Below, piece after piece: positions 1 to 12,925 of a stretch of 64,000 nt of DNA. The notes under the pieces were generated by a model. It saw only the letters and a program-made list of their open reading frames with translations, did no database searches and was not told where the DNA came from. The position numbers were made by a program, and so were the translations under genes. Position 1 is the first letter of the stretch. Each line of letters opens with the position of its first letter. This DNA comes from Lama guanicoe. Lineage: Eukaryota. Location of the stretch: the NCBI GenBank assembly GCA_013239625.1, contig MU053758.1, forward strand, positions 744,001 through 808,000, given 5' to 3'.

Positions 1-67
1 ACCTCTTAACAAAGAGCAAAAAATATATGCCTTAAGGATTACAGTTAATTGCCAGATCAAAAATTTA

Positions 68-181
68 GGTTTATCTATCTCTGTTTGTTTGTTTGTTTAT
101 TTAGTGGAGATACTGGGGATAGAACCCAGGACCTCCTGCATGATAAGCACACACTCTACCACTGAGCTATACCCTACTCCT
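68..181 (-). mobile_element. Short tRNA-derived SINE (camelid Vic-1-like, tRNA-Ala-type head)
   Basis: Minus strand reads GGGTATAGCTCAGTGGTAGAG...GGTTCTATCCCCAG (Pol III A and B boxes) followed by a (CAAA)n tail. 14-bp TSD AGATCAAAAATTTA at 54-67 and 182-195. Confidence 0.88.
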
Positions 182-3009
182 AGATCAAAAATTTAATGCA
201 AGGTTTAAAACAAGTTCTAAGCAAACTAAAAGTCATTTTGTCCCCATTATGATACTTTTATTTAATTGGTGTGAAAATAGGCAAGACAAGGTTTCTATGA
301 AGACTTCCATTCTTAGAGTAGGAAAATTAAACACTAAAGTTTTAGAGGGTTGATTTTAGTGAGATATTTAGGAGAGTCACCACAGAAATCCTGATGGTCT
401 GATACCTTCAGTATATCTGTGAAAAGGAATCAGGAATTATTTTTGTTTGTTTGTTTCTGCCAGAAGCTGTCAATGAGACTTTATAGAATTTGGATCAGCA
501 ACCAGGCTGGTATTTCTGTAAAAGCAGCAGTATGTAACTTAAAGGAGTAGTTGTGACATTTAATTAAATACCCAGATAAGTAGAATACCCGGATATCTAG
601 AATGAAATGTGGTCTTCTGCTATGTTCAAGGTGAAGATTTTTTTTGGTTTGGCGGGCATAGTTTGCTAGGCACTGCAAAGTGGGTGGGCATAGTCTGTTA
701 CTGGAAAGGAAGTCTTACTGTTAGTGGTTTACTCATGAAAGTCCTGAGGATGATGCAGGTCTTTACTCCCTGCTTACCTCCATCGATCCAGACAGAGGAC
801 TCCTGAGATGTGTCCCTGGGAGTTGTCCCTTCTCCCCTTGATCTCCCCTTCTCTTCTCCACAATCCCAACATTTTCTGCACCCCTCCCTTCCCCATACAG
901 GCTCCCACCTCCATCCTGGAGGGGTAATGTTTCATCTTTAAGGCTTTAACTCCTTCAAAGTGTTCAGAGTGTAGCATCTATAAGATAAATTAAACATTTT
1001 CTTTTTAATTAGAAAAAATGGTAGGTATCATTGAAAATTTAAGAGATGAAGCTGAAGTAGCATCCAACTCCTAGAATTTCTTTTTTAAAATCAGTGGATG
1101 GAATGTTTTCTAATGTTTACTTAGGTATTTTCTTTTAGAAACATTGTCTTTATGGGGAAAAGAGCCATTTTTTAAAGTTGATTCCCGGGCCAGCTCATTT
1201 TAAAAAACTATTTTATGGATAATTAAGATGACGTATTCTCTAATAAAGCTCTTGAGGGCATTGATGGCTGAGGCTGGACAAGAAAGGACCATGGTTCCCA
1301 TAGATTACGGTTGGAAGCTATGTGTAATTTTTTTCAGTATGTATTTTGGAAATTTATCTCAACTCCCAGATAAAGCAACTGATAGCTGCCAACAACTTAC
1401 ATGTTCACCCAGTAAAGGGCATTTGTTTATCTGGATTTTAAACTTAACTGTGTGTCATGTATTTTTTAAAAAATGATTTTGCAAGTATGTTACCTAGAGG
1501 AGAATACTATATACATAATATTTTGATGGGGAATGATCTTCCAACTTGAGACTCCAGAAACTTTTTTGTTCTGAAGCCTGGGCCACACCCCCTTCCACTG
1601 GCTTCCTCTTTGTTGGTGGGAACACACCCTTTATCCCCTGTTCCCTAACTCCAAGCTCTGGTGGTGATGTTATGACCTGGGGAATGACTCTGGTGGGCAG
1701 GGCTGGGGTTAGAGCTAGGTTGGGGTTCCTAGGATTGGGGAAGAGAATATTTAATGGGCCAGAATGAGAGGGAATGGACCTCACCTAGGAGGGAGGTGAG
1801 AGCTGGTGGAGAGACTCAGAGGGAAAGGAGAACAGAATTTCCTCTCCTGTCCCTCTCTTCCTTTCCTGTCTCCTTTTCTCCAACTCCATCTCCTATTGAG
1901 GGTGTGCTTCCAACAGGCTTGTAGGTACTATGGTAAGAGGAGGGGGCTCTGAAATGGAGTGAGGAGTGATGACAGAAGTCAGCAGACGTTTGTTGAAGTG
2001 AAGTGGTAATAGCAGCAGCAAGAGAAATATTTCTGTAATTGTGCCCAGCCAGGAAAACCACACACATTTAGAGTATTTGCAAGTACTTGGGGACTTTTTT
2101 TTTTTTTGTACCAAAGAGAGGGCCTGAAATACTGCCCAGCGTTACACTTAATAGAATTAATTTGGTGAGTCACTTTAGCCTGTGCCAACCCTTTTGAACA
2201 CAGACAAAAATCTCAAATATTTTCTTGTGTATGTATAATGCCAGTATAGGCAGAAATTTATGGCATCCTTCTTTTCAGAACTGTGAGTTCTGCCTTAGTA
2301 GTTCAAATACTTTTGCAAAATATCCCCTCTAGGAACATTTTGATTGGCTTTTGCTTGGTGAAATTGTTTTCAGCAGCATTTGGTCATTCATCCAGCCTTC
2401 AAATAGAAGGTTGATTGAGGCAAACTTTTGAATTTTAGAAACATATATCAACAAAAGAAAACATTTGTAACTGTTAAGGAACACCGAGTTAAAAATTTTT
2501 TCTTTCTGTATATTAGGAACATTACTTAGAAAACAGATGGAAGCATCTTTCAGTAATTTGAAAAATGTGACCCATAAGATGTCATTCTTCTCCAAATAAA
2601 CAAGAATAGCCTCATAAATGGACAAGGTCAGAGATTTGGGAGAATGTCAGAGACTTTCACCAGTCCACAGAACCTAGTGATCTTAGGTGTATCCTGTCAA
2701 GTCAGAATCTTTTCAGCCGGCGTTAGATCATGCAATGGTTTCTCCCAGGGGTGTGATAATCATATCTTGTCTACAGCGTTTCACATACCCTCTGTTCCCT
2801 TGTCCTTCAGCTTTGTTTTCCTATTCTGGTTTGCTGGAATAGATATCGTAAACTGCCTGAGGTAATCTATGTTTTAGGGAAGCTGTGAATTTTAATAGGA
2901 AGATGCATCTTTGCCAGAGCTGTGTTTACCTTTTAAATAAGGGACTTAAAATCATTGTATAATACTTTTAGTACAAAATACTGTATATTGCTACAAGCCT
3001 GCCTTCCAG

Positions 3010-3470
3010 AATAATCTTCCATCACTGTCCCTCTCACCCCTAATCTTATGTTCTGCCCTCCAGGTTGAAATTTTTTCAGTTTCTCCAACTGAAAACTAAG
3101 ATCTGTCACCTCAGGACCTTTGCATATGATATTCCCAGGCTTGTACCGTTCTTTTCCTCATTCTACTAACCCCCCTCTTCCTCTCTACCCCCAGCATACA
3201 TATTTGACCTGCTAATATGGGAGTTTCAGATGAAAAGTCAGTTCTCTGAAAGGTCTCCCCTGACTTATTTTCCTCTCTAGACTAGGTACCATGGGCCTGT
3301 GCCCCCTTCACTTTTCTTATTATAACTCTTGTCACAATTTATTCTAATGGTCTAAGTCTGTATTTTTTGCTAGACTGTAAACTCTTAAAATAGAGTTTAG
3401 GTCATGTTCACTTTCTCAGTACTTAGCAAGTAATAAGTTCGCATTGGATATTTGTTGAAGAATAAAGGCA
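3010..3470 (+). mobile_element. L2 LINE 3' fragment, degraded
   Basis: L2-typical motifs: ctttgcatatgatattccc, tagactgtaaactc, terminal atatttgttgaagaataaa. Confidence 0.6.
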
Positions 3471-4444
3471 TTTAGAAAAAAATGGCATTGTTTATTGGTA
3501 TGTTTCTGATTTTGTCTTTTCTCTTTCGTGTGAAGACATTTACAGCATGTGTGGTATTGCTCACTCACCAGCTGATGGTAACTATGTGCAAATCCTGTAA
3601 CACCAGGTATTGTATATAGTGAGCACTGTGATGTCAGAGGCACCTCAGGAGTGTTCTTACTCAGTGGTGTTTTTCACACTACGTTTTGCAGTTGCAGGAG
3701 CCTAAGGCATCCTGATGTGATAGGACTTGATGTTTATATTAGAAGAGTTCTTGTACAAGGTTGATTGCTTAATAGAAAACCCACCCAGAGAGGTTGGTGA
3801 TCTTGGTTAAATATGGGAGGTGAAAATATCTTTCCTGTTCAGTGGTGAGTAGTGTGTTTCTGAGCAGGGTTGCTCAGCCACTTTCAGGTCATAATCACTA
3901 TAAGTGGCATCGTCTTCTAAATTGAAAGGCAAATGTATTGTAAGTTGATCTGTAATTTTATTTCCTTAATATCTTTATCAAGTTTTGACATTAGGGTTAT
4001 GCTGGCTTCATAACATGAGGTGAACAGTATATATAATACTAGATATATATTCCCTCATTCAGCCCTTGCTTTTGACTTATTTATGTTTTCATCATTATAA
4101 ATCTGTTCATTTACTGAGTTGGGGGACTATTTTTAGATCAGGTTTTAAAAAATGTTGAGACAGATGGAAGAGTTTGTCTTTGTGTCATTTTATTCCCCTG
4201 AGTAGATGACACTTGCAGGTGAAGGAACAAGTACTTACATTAACACTCTTAAGTGTTTTGAAATGAAGCCTTCAAAAAAGTAATTTGAAATGAAACTTAA
4301 AAAGTCATAATAAAAATATCAAATTATCCTCATTGGGGGATAATTGTATCCTGTTGATTCCCTTTTAGCAATTTTAGTATATACAAGTATAATTACACAG
4401 GATATGTTACTTAGAAGAGTTTAGTAAGGACAGTAGAAGTTCAA

Positions 4445-4508
4445 AATTTTATATATATATAATTTTATATATTATATGTATATAATGTTTTATATATATA
4501 TATAATTT
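4445..4508. repeat. Imperfect (TA)n low-complexity tract
   Basis: Visible TA dinucleotide runs. Confidence 0.8.
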
Positions 4509-5564
4509 ACCATAGGCATAAAGTATACACTTTAACCATTGATGGATCTTTATTCCCCATTTTCTGTCTGCCTAGGTGGCCTCCTTTCATGTTCACATGT
4601 ATGAACCAGCTCAGTCCACTATCACTGAGTGAAATGAAGAAGAGGGAGAAAAATTAGTCTTTCTTTCCAAACTGCCTTATGCTTGCATGGTGATTTTTAT
4701 TTACTTATTTTTCATATTCTAAAACACATATTTTAGAACATTTAGAAATTATAGAAAAGTATGAAGAAGGTGACCATAGTTAATATTTTGGTGTTTATCA
4801 CAGTACCGGACTGACCTTCAGGAAGGACTCAATGAAGATTGGGTTAATGAATGAATTCAACCCAGTCCCTCCTCCTTTTTTGTGCAAAATGTTTAGATTA
4901 TACCATATACCACTTTTTAAAAATTAATAGACAATTTTTTAGAATAGTTTTGGACTTACAGAAAAGTTGAACAGAGTTCCCCTATTCCCCTTCCCCCCAG
5001 TTTCTGCCATTATTAACATTTTATATTAGTTTGGTACATTTGTTATAATTAGTGATGAATACTGATATGTTATTGACCAAGATCTGTAGTTTATTCCATT
5101 TTCCTTAGTTTTTACCCAACGTCATTTTTCTTTTCCAGGATCCTATCCAGGATACCTCATTTAATTTAGTTCCTTGGACTCTTCTTGTCTGTGACTGTTT
5201 CTCAAATTTTCCTTGTTTATGGTAACCTTGACAGCTTTGAGGAATACTGCTCAAGTATATTGTAGAATGCCATATATTAGAATTTGATATTTTTCCTGTG
5301 ATTAGCCTAGGGCTATGGGTTTTTAGAAAGAAGATCACAGAAGTAAAGTGCCATTCTCATCACATGTCAAGCGTACATATTATCAACATGATTTATGATT
5401 ATTGTTGTTGACCTTGATCACATGACTGCTATAGTTTTTGTTTGCTTTCTCCACTGTCAAATTACTCTTTATTTCCCCCTTTAATACTGTATTCTTCAGA
5501 AGGAAGTCTCCGTGTGCAACCTACACTTAAGTATTGGGAGTTATGCTCCCTTTTCAGGGTGGAG

Positions 5565-5700
5565 TATGTATGTATGTATATATATGTGTGTGTGTATATA
5601 TATGTGCGTGTGTATATATATATGTAAAGATCCATCGATGGTTAAGGTGTATACTTTATGCCTATGGTAAATTATATATATATATAAAAAATAATGATAT
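5565..5700. repeat. Compound (TATG)/(TA)/(TG) microsatellite with a short embedded L1-like 3' terminus
   Basis: Visible repeats flanking about 60 bp that resembles an L1 3' tip. Confidence 0.65.
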
Positions 5701-6343
5701 ATGTGTTATCTGGAATTCCTCTGCACTGGATATTTATGTTTTCTCCCCCCATGTATTAATTTATTCAGTTACTTATTTATATCATTGTGGACTTGTGAAT
5801 ATTAATTTTTTAATGAATACTTATTTTATACTTTGAGTTATAATCCAGTATTACCTAACTTTGTTGCTCAAATTGTTCTAGGTTTGGCCATTGGGAACTC
5901 TTTTACTTGGCTCCTATGCCCCTTTTGACATGCCCCATCGACTGTGTGTGTGCGTCTGTGTGTTGTGTATGGGAGAGAGAGAGTGTTTTGGGCATTTCCT
6001 TACTTTCTGGCACTACAAGATGCTCCAGGTTCATCGTGTATATTTCCTGCTCTGGTCCTAGAATCAGCCATCTCTCCAAAAAGCCTAGGTTCCTTTTATT
6101 GAAGATTGGTATTAGAAACCAAGATCTGGCCACTAAATGTACTCATTGTTACTGGGATGTTGTTTCTGTTAGGCTCTCTCAGCTGACAAAGCAAAGAAAT
6201 ATATGTGTGCATAGTAACCCCATATATACATATATCTATAAGCAATTTCTGTACATAGCCTTCTGTATCTATAAAAAGTTAAACATGAATTCTTACTGAT
6301 GTCTTCAACTCTAATTCATTTTAGACTCCTCTCCTTACTATTC

Positions 6344-7185
6344 TTTTTTTATTGCACTAACACTGGTTTATACCATTATATGTTTCAGGTGTACATTATG
6401 TTTCTACTTCTGTAGACACGACAGCGTGCCCACTACCAAATATTTAGTTTCTATGTGTCATGTACAGTTGACCCCTTTTACCCATTTCACCTTCCTCCCT
6501 TCCCCTCTGGTAACTGCTACTTTGTTCTCTGTATCTGTGTTTTTGTTTTTGTTTTGTTTGTTTATTTGTTTTTTTATTTTTTATATTCCACATATGAGTG
6601 AAATCATACAATATTTGTTTTTCTCCATCTGACTTATTTTACTTACCATAATACCCTCAGGGTCCATCTATTGTTTTTGCAAATAGCAAGGTTTCATTTT
6701 TTATGGCTGAATGGTATTCCATTGTGGTATTTATGCCATATCTTCTATATCCATTCATCTGTTGATGGGCACTTAGGTTGTTTCCATATCTTAGCTATTG
6801 TAAATAATGCTGCAATAAACGTAGGGGTACATATATCTTTTTGAATTAGCATTTTGTATTCTTTGGATAAATTATCCAGAAGTGGAATAGCTGGAACATA
6901 CACTAGTTCTATTTTTACTTTTTTGAGAAATCTCCATACTGTTTTCCATGGTGGCTACATCAATTTGCATTCACACCAACAGTATATGAGTGTTCCTTTT
7001 TCTCTGCATCTTCTCCAACACTTATTATTTCTTGCCTTTTTGATAATAGCTATTCTAATGGGTGTGAGATGATATATCATTGTGGTTTTGACTTGCATTT
7101 CCTTCATGATTAATGATGTTGAAATATGTCTTTTCATGTGTCTCTTGGCCATCTCTATGTCTTCTTTGGAAAAATGTCTATTCAG
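6344..7185 (-). mobile_element. 5'-truncated L1 nested in the older L1
   Basis: ORF2 C-terminal peptide MAKRHMKR...[18 protein letters not shown]. 18-bp TSD CTCCTCTCCTTA(C/A)TATTC at 6326-6343 and 7186-7203. T-run at the left end. Confidence 0.9.
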
Positions 7186-8989
7186 CTCCTCTCCTTAATA
7201 TTCACACTGCTTGCTCCTCTCCTTTTCACTCCAACAGTGAAAAACCTGGCTCCCACCACTCACCCTCCATTTATTGTTTGATTAGAGTATACATGTATAG
7301 CAGTATAAGAATGGGTAACCCCTACACCCATTGGAAACAACTTTATTGACTAGAATCCAGTATTCATGTGCTATTGACTATTCAGTTCCTATTGACTTTA
7401 GTCTTTTAGACTACCCATTTCCAATGTTACTCAGGTTACACTTTTCCTCCATTTCTTCAGTGAGGTTAATTCCTATATTTGTAATACAGTTAGATTATAT
7501 TGTTACAGTCTACATTCTTTCCTGAGGTTCCTCCAACCTGCTAAACGATTTTTTGAAATTTGCAGACATTAAGGCTTATTCTTTGTGTTGTAAAGTCTCA
7601 CAGGTTTTGACAAATACATAATGCCATGTGTCAACCATTAACATATCATACAATATAGTTTCACTGCCCTAAAAATCTCCTGTGCTTCACCTATTCATCC
7701 TTCCTTGACTCCTCTTGAACCCCTTGTCAACCACTGGTCATTTTATAATGTTGCCTTTTCCAGGATGTCATATAGATGGAACATCATACAGTATGTAGCC
7801 TTTTCAGATTGGCTTCTTTTACTTAATGATATGCATTTAAGTTTCCCCCATGGTTTTTCATGGCTTTGGTAGCTCCTTTCTTCTTAGCACTGAATAGCAG
7901 TCCACTGTCTTTATGTATCCAAATTTATTTATCCATTTATCTACTGAAGGACATCTTGGTTGCAGCCAAGATTTGGCAAGTATAAATAAACCTGTTATAA
8001 ACATTCATGTGCACGTTTTTGTGTGGATGTAAGTTTTCAACTTAATTGGGTGAATATTAGGAATGTGATTGCTGGGTCTTATGGTAAGACTGTATTTAGC
8101 TTTGTAAGAAACCAAACCATCTTCCAAAGTGGCTATACCATTTTGCATTCCCATCAGCAATGATTGAGAGTTCCAGTTGCTCCACATTTTTCCAGCCATT
8201 GGTATTGTATTGGTATTTTTTGTAATTTATTGTTCTAATAGGTACACACTGATATCTCATTGTTGTTTTAATTTGCAGTTCCCTTATGACATACGATGCT
8301 GAGTATCTTTTCATGTGCTTATTTGTCATCCATATATCTTCTTTGGTGAGAAGTCTTTTCATATCTTTTGTCCATTTTTAAATTGGATTGTTTGTGTTCT
8401 TACTGTTGAGTTTTAAGGGTTCTTTGAGTATTTTAGATACAAGTCCTTTATCAGACACATGTTTGGTAAAGATTTTCTACCAGTCTGTGGCTTCTCTTTT
8501 CATTCTCTTAATATTGTCCTTTGCAGAACAGAAATTTTCTATTTTAATGAAGTCTAACTTAATTATTTCATGGATTATGCTTTTGGTGTTATAACTAAAA
8601 ACTCACTGCCAAACACAAGATCACCTAGGTTTTCTCCTGTGTTATTTTCTAAGGTTTTAATAGTTTTGTGTTTTACATTTAGGTCTGTGATATACTTTGA
8701 GTTAGTTTTTGTGAAATGTGAGAGCTGTGTCATTTTATTTATTTATTTATTTATTTATTGGCATATAGATGTTTAGTTGTTCCAGTACCATTTGTTAAAA
8801 AGACTACCCTCTCTCCATTGAATTCCCTCTGCTCCTGTGTCAAAGATCAATTAACTATGTTTGTATAGGTCTATTTCTGTGTGCTCTGTTCTGTTCCATT
8901 AATCTGTGTCTGTTCTTTCAATAATGCTACTCTATCTTGATCACCGTAGCATTATAGTAAGTCTTTGAGTAATGTCAGTCCTTCAGCTT

Positions 8990-9082
8990 TTCTCATCCTC
9001 CTTCGTCCTGCATCCTCCTTCCTCTTCTCTTCCCTTTCTCCTCCTCCTCCTCCTTCTTCTCTTTCCTCATCCTCTTCTCCTT
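8990..9082. repeat. (TCC)n / CT-rich low-complexity tract
   Basis: Visible pyrimidine triplet repeat. Confidence 0.85.
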
Positions 9083-9419
9083 CAGTATTGTGTTAAAAAT
9101 ATGCTGTGAGAATTTTTGAATTCCTTAAAATTTTCTTCATGAATATTATTTTAATTGGCTGTATAATATTTCATTATATGATCTATGATAAAACCAATAA
9201 CCAGTGTTAAGTGGAAAAATTCAGAACATTTAATATCTCATTTTTGTAAATGAAAATAAAAAGGTAATGTCAGCATAGAATAAAAACTGAAAGAGTTGTG
9301 AGATTATATACAAGTAATTGTAATTTTCTTCCTTAGTCAATTTCTTTATTTCCAGTTTTTCTAGAATGAGTAGCAATACCTTTTTTATTAGAGGGAAAGG
9401 TAAATATGTTTGTGTTTAT

Positions 9420-10517
9420 TTTCTAAAGTCTGAGAAATATCTTTTTTCCTTTCCCCCTCTCAATCTGATATTAGTAATTTGGATTTTCTCTTTTGTCTTT
9501 TTATGAATCTTGATAAAAATCTCTAGGAGCTTATCAAATTTATTGGTCTTTTAAGAGAACCAATTTTTTTCTGCTTTCTATTTAATTGATTTCTCCTTTT
9601 ATCTTTATTGTTTTCTCTTTCATGCTTGGGGTTTAATTTGTTCTTCTTTTTCTCATTCTTAAGATGAAAACTTAGATAATTGATTTGAAACCTTTCTTTT
9701 CTAACATAAGCATTTAAAGCTGTACATTTCCCTTAAGCATGGAATTAGCTGTGTCCTACAATTTTGGATATGGTATTTTACAATCATTCAGTTTATTTAA
9801 AGAAGAATACTTCCTCTTTGATTTATGTTATTTCAAATTGTTGAGGCTTTTTAGATATTTCAGTTATTAATTTCTAACTTAATTACTTTGTGGTCAGGGA
9901 ACATACTTTAAGATTTTAGACTTTTGGCATTTATAAGACTATTTTATGGCCTAGATAAGGTATCTTTTAGTGAACATTTCATGGGCACTTGAAAAATATA
10001 TATTCTGCAGTTGTTGGACATAGCATTTTGTGAATGTTAATTAGATCAAAATGGTTGATAATGTTGTTCAGGTCCTTCTTTGCTGCTTATTTGTTTAGGT
10101 TCTATTAATTTGTGAGAGAGGGTAGTAAAATCCCCAACTGTGATTGTAGATATGTCGTTTTCTCACGTTAGTTCTGTTGGAATTTGCTTCAAGTATTTTT
10201 AAGTATATTATTATGTGGATACATGTTTATAATTCTGTTTTCCTGATGTTTGGCCCTTTTATCATTATGAAATATCCCTCCTTATCTCTAGTAATATTCC
10301 ATGTCCTGAAGTCTACTTTGTCAGACATTAATGTAGCCATGCCATCTTTGTTATGCTTACTATTTGCATACAGTGTGATTTCCTATTTTTCAGCCTGTGT
10401 CTTTATTTTTTGAAAAGGAATTTATTAGGGTACGTTGCTGTAGGCAACAGTGGGCCACATAGACAAGAGGTGCCTGTGTGACCCTGTGTCTTTATATTTA
10501 GAGTATTTCTCTTGTAG
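9420..10517 (-). mobile_element. Ancient L1M ORF2 (endonuclease region) fragment
   Basis: T-rich antisense L1 ORF2 motifs (ttagataattgatttga, ttgtggtcagggaacatac, ctgaagtctactttgtcagacatt). Confidence 0.7.
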
Positions 10518-11996
10518 ATTACTATGAACAATTATATGCCAGTAAAAAGGACAACCTAGAAGAAACGGACAAATTCCTAGAAATATGCAATCTCCCAAGA
10601 TTGAATCAGGAAGAAATACAAAACATGAACAGACCAATTACCAGTAATAAAATTGAATTAATATTTTAAAAACTCCTAAGAAATAAAAGTCCAGGACCAG
10701 ATGGCTTTACAGGTGAACTCTACCAAACATTAAAGAAGGGTTAACAGCTACTCTTCTCAAACTATTCCAAAAAATTTCAGAGGAAAGAATGTTTCTGAAC
10801 TCATTCTAGGTGACTAGCATCACCTGATACCAAAACTAGACAAAGATATTACAAAAAAAGAAAATTTCAAGCCAGCATCACTGATGAACATAGTTGCAAA
10901 AATCCTCAACAAAATATTAGCAAACTAAATCAACTATACATTCAAAGGATCATACACCATGATCAAGTGGGATTAATCCCAAGGATGCTTCAATATTCAC
11001 AAATCAATCAGTGTGATACACCACATTAATAAATTGAAGAATAAAAATCATATGATCATCTCAATAATTGCAGGAAAAGATTGTGACAAAATCAACATCC
11101 ATTTATGTTAAAAACTCTCAACAAGTGGGTATGGAGAGAACATACCTCAACATAATAAAGGCCATATATGAGATGCCTACAGCATACATAATACTGATAA
11201 TGATGAAAAGCTGAAAGCATATCCTCTGAGATCAGGAACAAGACAAGGATGCCCTGGAGGATATTATGCTAAGTGAAATAAGTCAGAGAAAGACAAAAAT
11301 TGTATGATTTCAGTTATATGTAGAATCTAAAAAACAAAACAAGTGAACAAACATAATTAAACAGAAACAGAGTCATAGATATAGAGAACAAACAGGTGGT
11401 AGCCAGAGAGGAGGAAGGTGGGAGGAGGAGAGAAATAGGTGAGGGTGATTAAGAGGTACAAACTTCCAGTTACAAAATAAATGAGTCATGAGTATGAAAT
11501 GTACAGTGTGGGCAATGTAACCAGTAATTTTGTAATATCTTAGTATGGTGACAGATGGTAACCAGACTTTATGGTGATCATTTTGAAATGTATAGAATTT
11601 CAAATCACTATGTTGTATACCAGGAACTAACATAGTGTTGTAGGTCAATTATATGTCAAAAACAAACAAATAAACTGATAGAAAAAGAGATCAGATTTGC
11701 AGTTATCAGAGGTGGAGAGTTTGGGGAGGGGGAATTGAATAAAGATAATCAAAATGTACAGGCCTCCAGCTGTAAGATAAATAAGTACTAGGAATGTAAT
11801 GTAAAACATGATAAATATAATTAACACTGCTATACATTAAATGTGAAAGTTGTTAAGAGAGGAAATCCTTAGAGTTCGTATCACAAGGAAAAAATTTTAT
11901 TTCTTTAATTTTGTATCTACATGAGATAATGGAGTTTCACTAATCTTATTGTGGTAATCATTTCATGATGTATGTCAGTCAAATCATTGTGCTGTA
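10518..11996 (+). mobile_element. L1 fragment: ORF2 RT start fused by internal deletion (~11253) to the ORF2 end and a bipartite 3' UTR
   Basis: Typical ORF2 sequence (aaaagtccaggaccagatggctttacaggtgaa; gcaaaaatcctcaacaaaatattagcaaac), then a jump to ctggaggatattatgctaagtgaaataagtcag. Confidence 0.88.
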
Positions 11997-12672
11997 AATT
12001 GTAGTATAGTCAGTTTACAATATTGTGTCACTTTCTGGTGTACAGCGTAATGTTTCAGTCATACATATACATACATACATTTGTTTTAATATTTTTCATT
12101 ATAGGTTACTACAAGATATTGAATATAGTTCCCTGTGCTATACAGAAGAAACTTGTTTATCTATTTTATATATAGTAGATAGTATCCACAAATCTTGAAC
12201 TCCCAATTTATCCCTTCCCATCCCTTTTCCTCCTGGTAAACATAAGTTTGTTTCCTATGTCTGTGCATCTGTTTTTGTTTTGTAAATAAGTTCATTTGTG
12301 TCTTTTGGGGGTTTTTTTTTTTGGATTCCACATATGAGTGACAGCATGTAATATCATATAGTGTTTTTCTTTCTCTTTCTGGCTTACTTCACTTGGAATG
12401 ATGATCTCCAGTTCTATCTACTTTGCTGCAATGGCATTATTTTATTTTATTTTTTATGGCTGAGTGGTATTCCATTGAATAAATATACCACAACTTCTTT
12501 ATCCAGTCATCTGTTGATGGACATTTAGGTTGTTTCCATGTCTTGGCTACTGTAAATAGTGCTGCTATGAACATTGGGGTGCATGTATCTTTTCGAATTA
12601 GAGCTCCCCTTGGATATATGCCCAGGAGTGGGATTGCTGAATCATATGGTAAATCTATTTTTAGTTTTTTGA
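11997..12672 (-). mobile_element. Young lineage-specific L1 3' end (~675 bp)
   Basis: Encodes DLPYDSAIPLLGIYP...TCTPMFIAALFTVAKTWKQPKCPSTDDWIKKLW. 3' UTR shared with copies at 27.3-27.9, 29.9-30.8 and 36.9-37.1 kb. Confidence 0.9.
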
Positions 12673-12925
12673 AATTCTTCTCTTTATCTTTGATTTTCAG
12701 CAGTTTGACTATAAGTTGTCTGTGTTTAATTTTCTTTATATTTATCTTGCTTGAGGCCCACTGAGCTTCTTGAATCTGTAAATTGACATTTTTCACCAAA
12801 TTTGGGAAAATATTGACCATTATTTCTTCTGGTATATTTTCTGTCCTATCCTTGTTTTGCTCTTCTTCTGAGATTCCAAGTTTATGTAAGTTAATGGCAT
12901 TTGATGTTTTCTCACAGTCCACTAA
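12673..12925 (-). mobile_element. Ancient L1M ORF1 fragment
   Basis: Peptide EEIMVNIFPNLVKNVNLQIQEAQ...IVKLLKIKDKEK resembles the L1 ORF1p RRM region. Confidence 0.8.

Larger units (their letters stand above)
4915..9090 (-). mobile_element. Old L1 (L1MC-like) 3' UTR plus ORF2 C-terminal part, interrupted by a younger L1 at 6344-7185 and by microsatellites
   Basis: L1M-type 3' end at about 4915. Minus-strand peptides KEDIWMTNKHMKRYSASYVIRELQIKTTMRY match the L1 ORF2 C-terminus. Confidence 0.85.

Noticed and set aside
103..178. tRNA-Ala-like gene
   Set aside because: Has a simple-repeat tail and TSD, and a diverged anticodon arm and B box; it is a SINE.
1679..1740. G-tract cluster (possible G-quadruplex)
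   Set aside because: Loops are long and irregular, with no supporting context.
12437..12922. 161-aa ORF with L1 ORF1-like and ORF2-like halves
   Set aside because: Chance in-frame fusion across the junction of an ancient L1 ORF1 remnant and a younger L1 3' end; no promoter or credible start.
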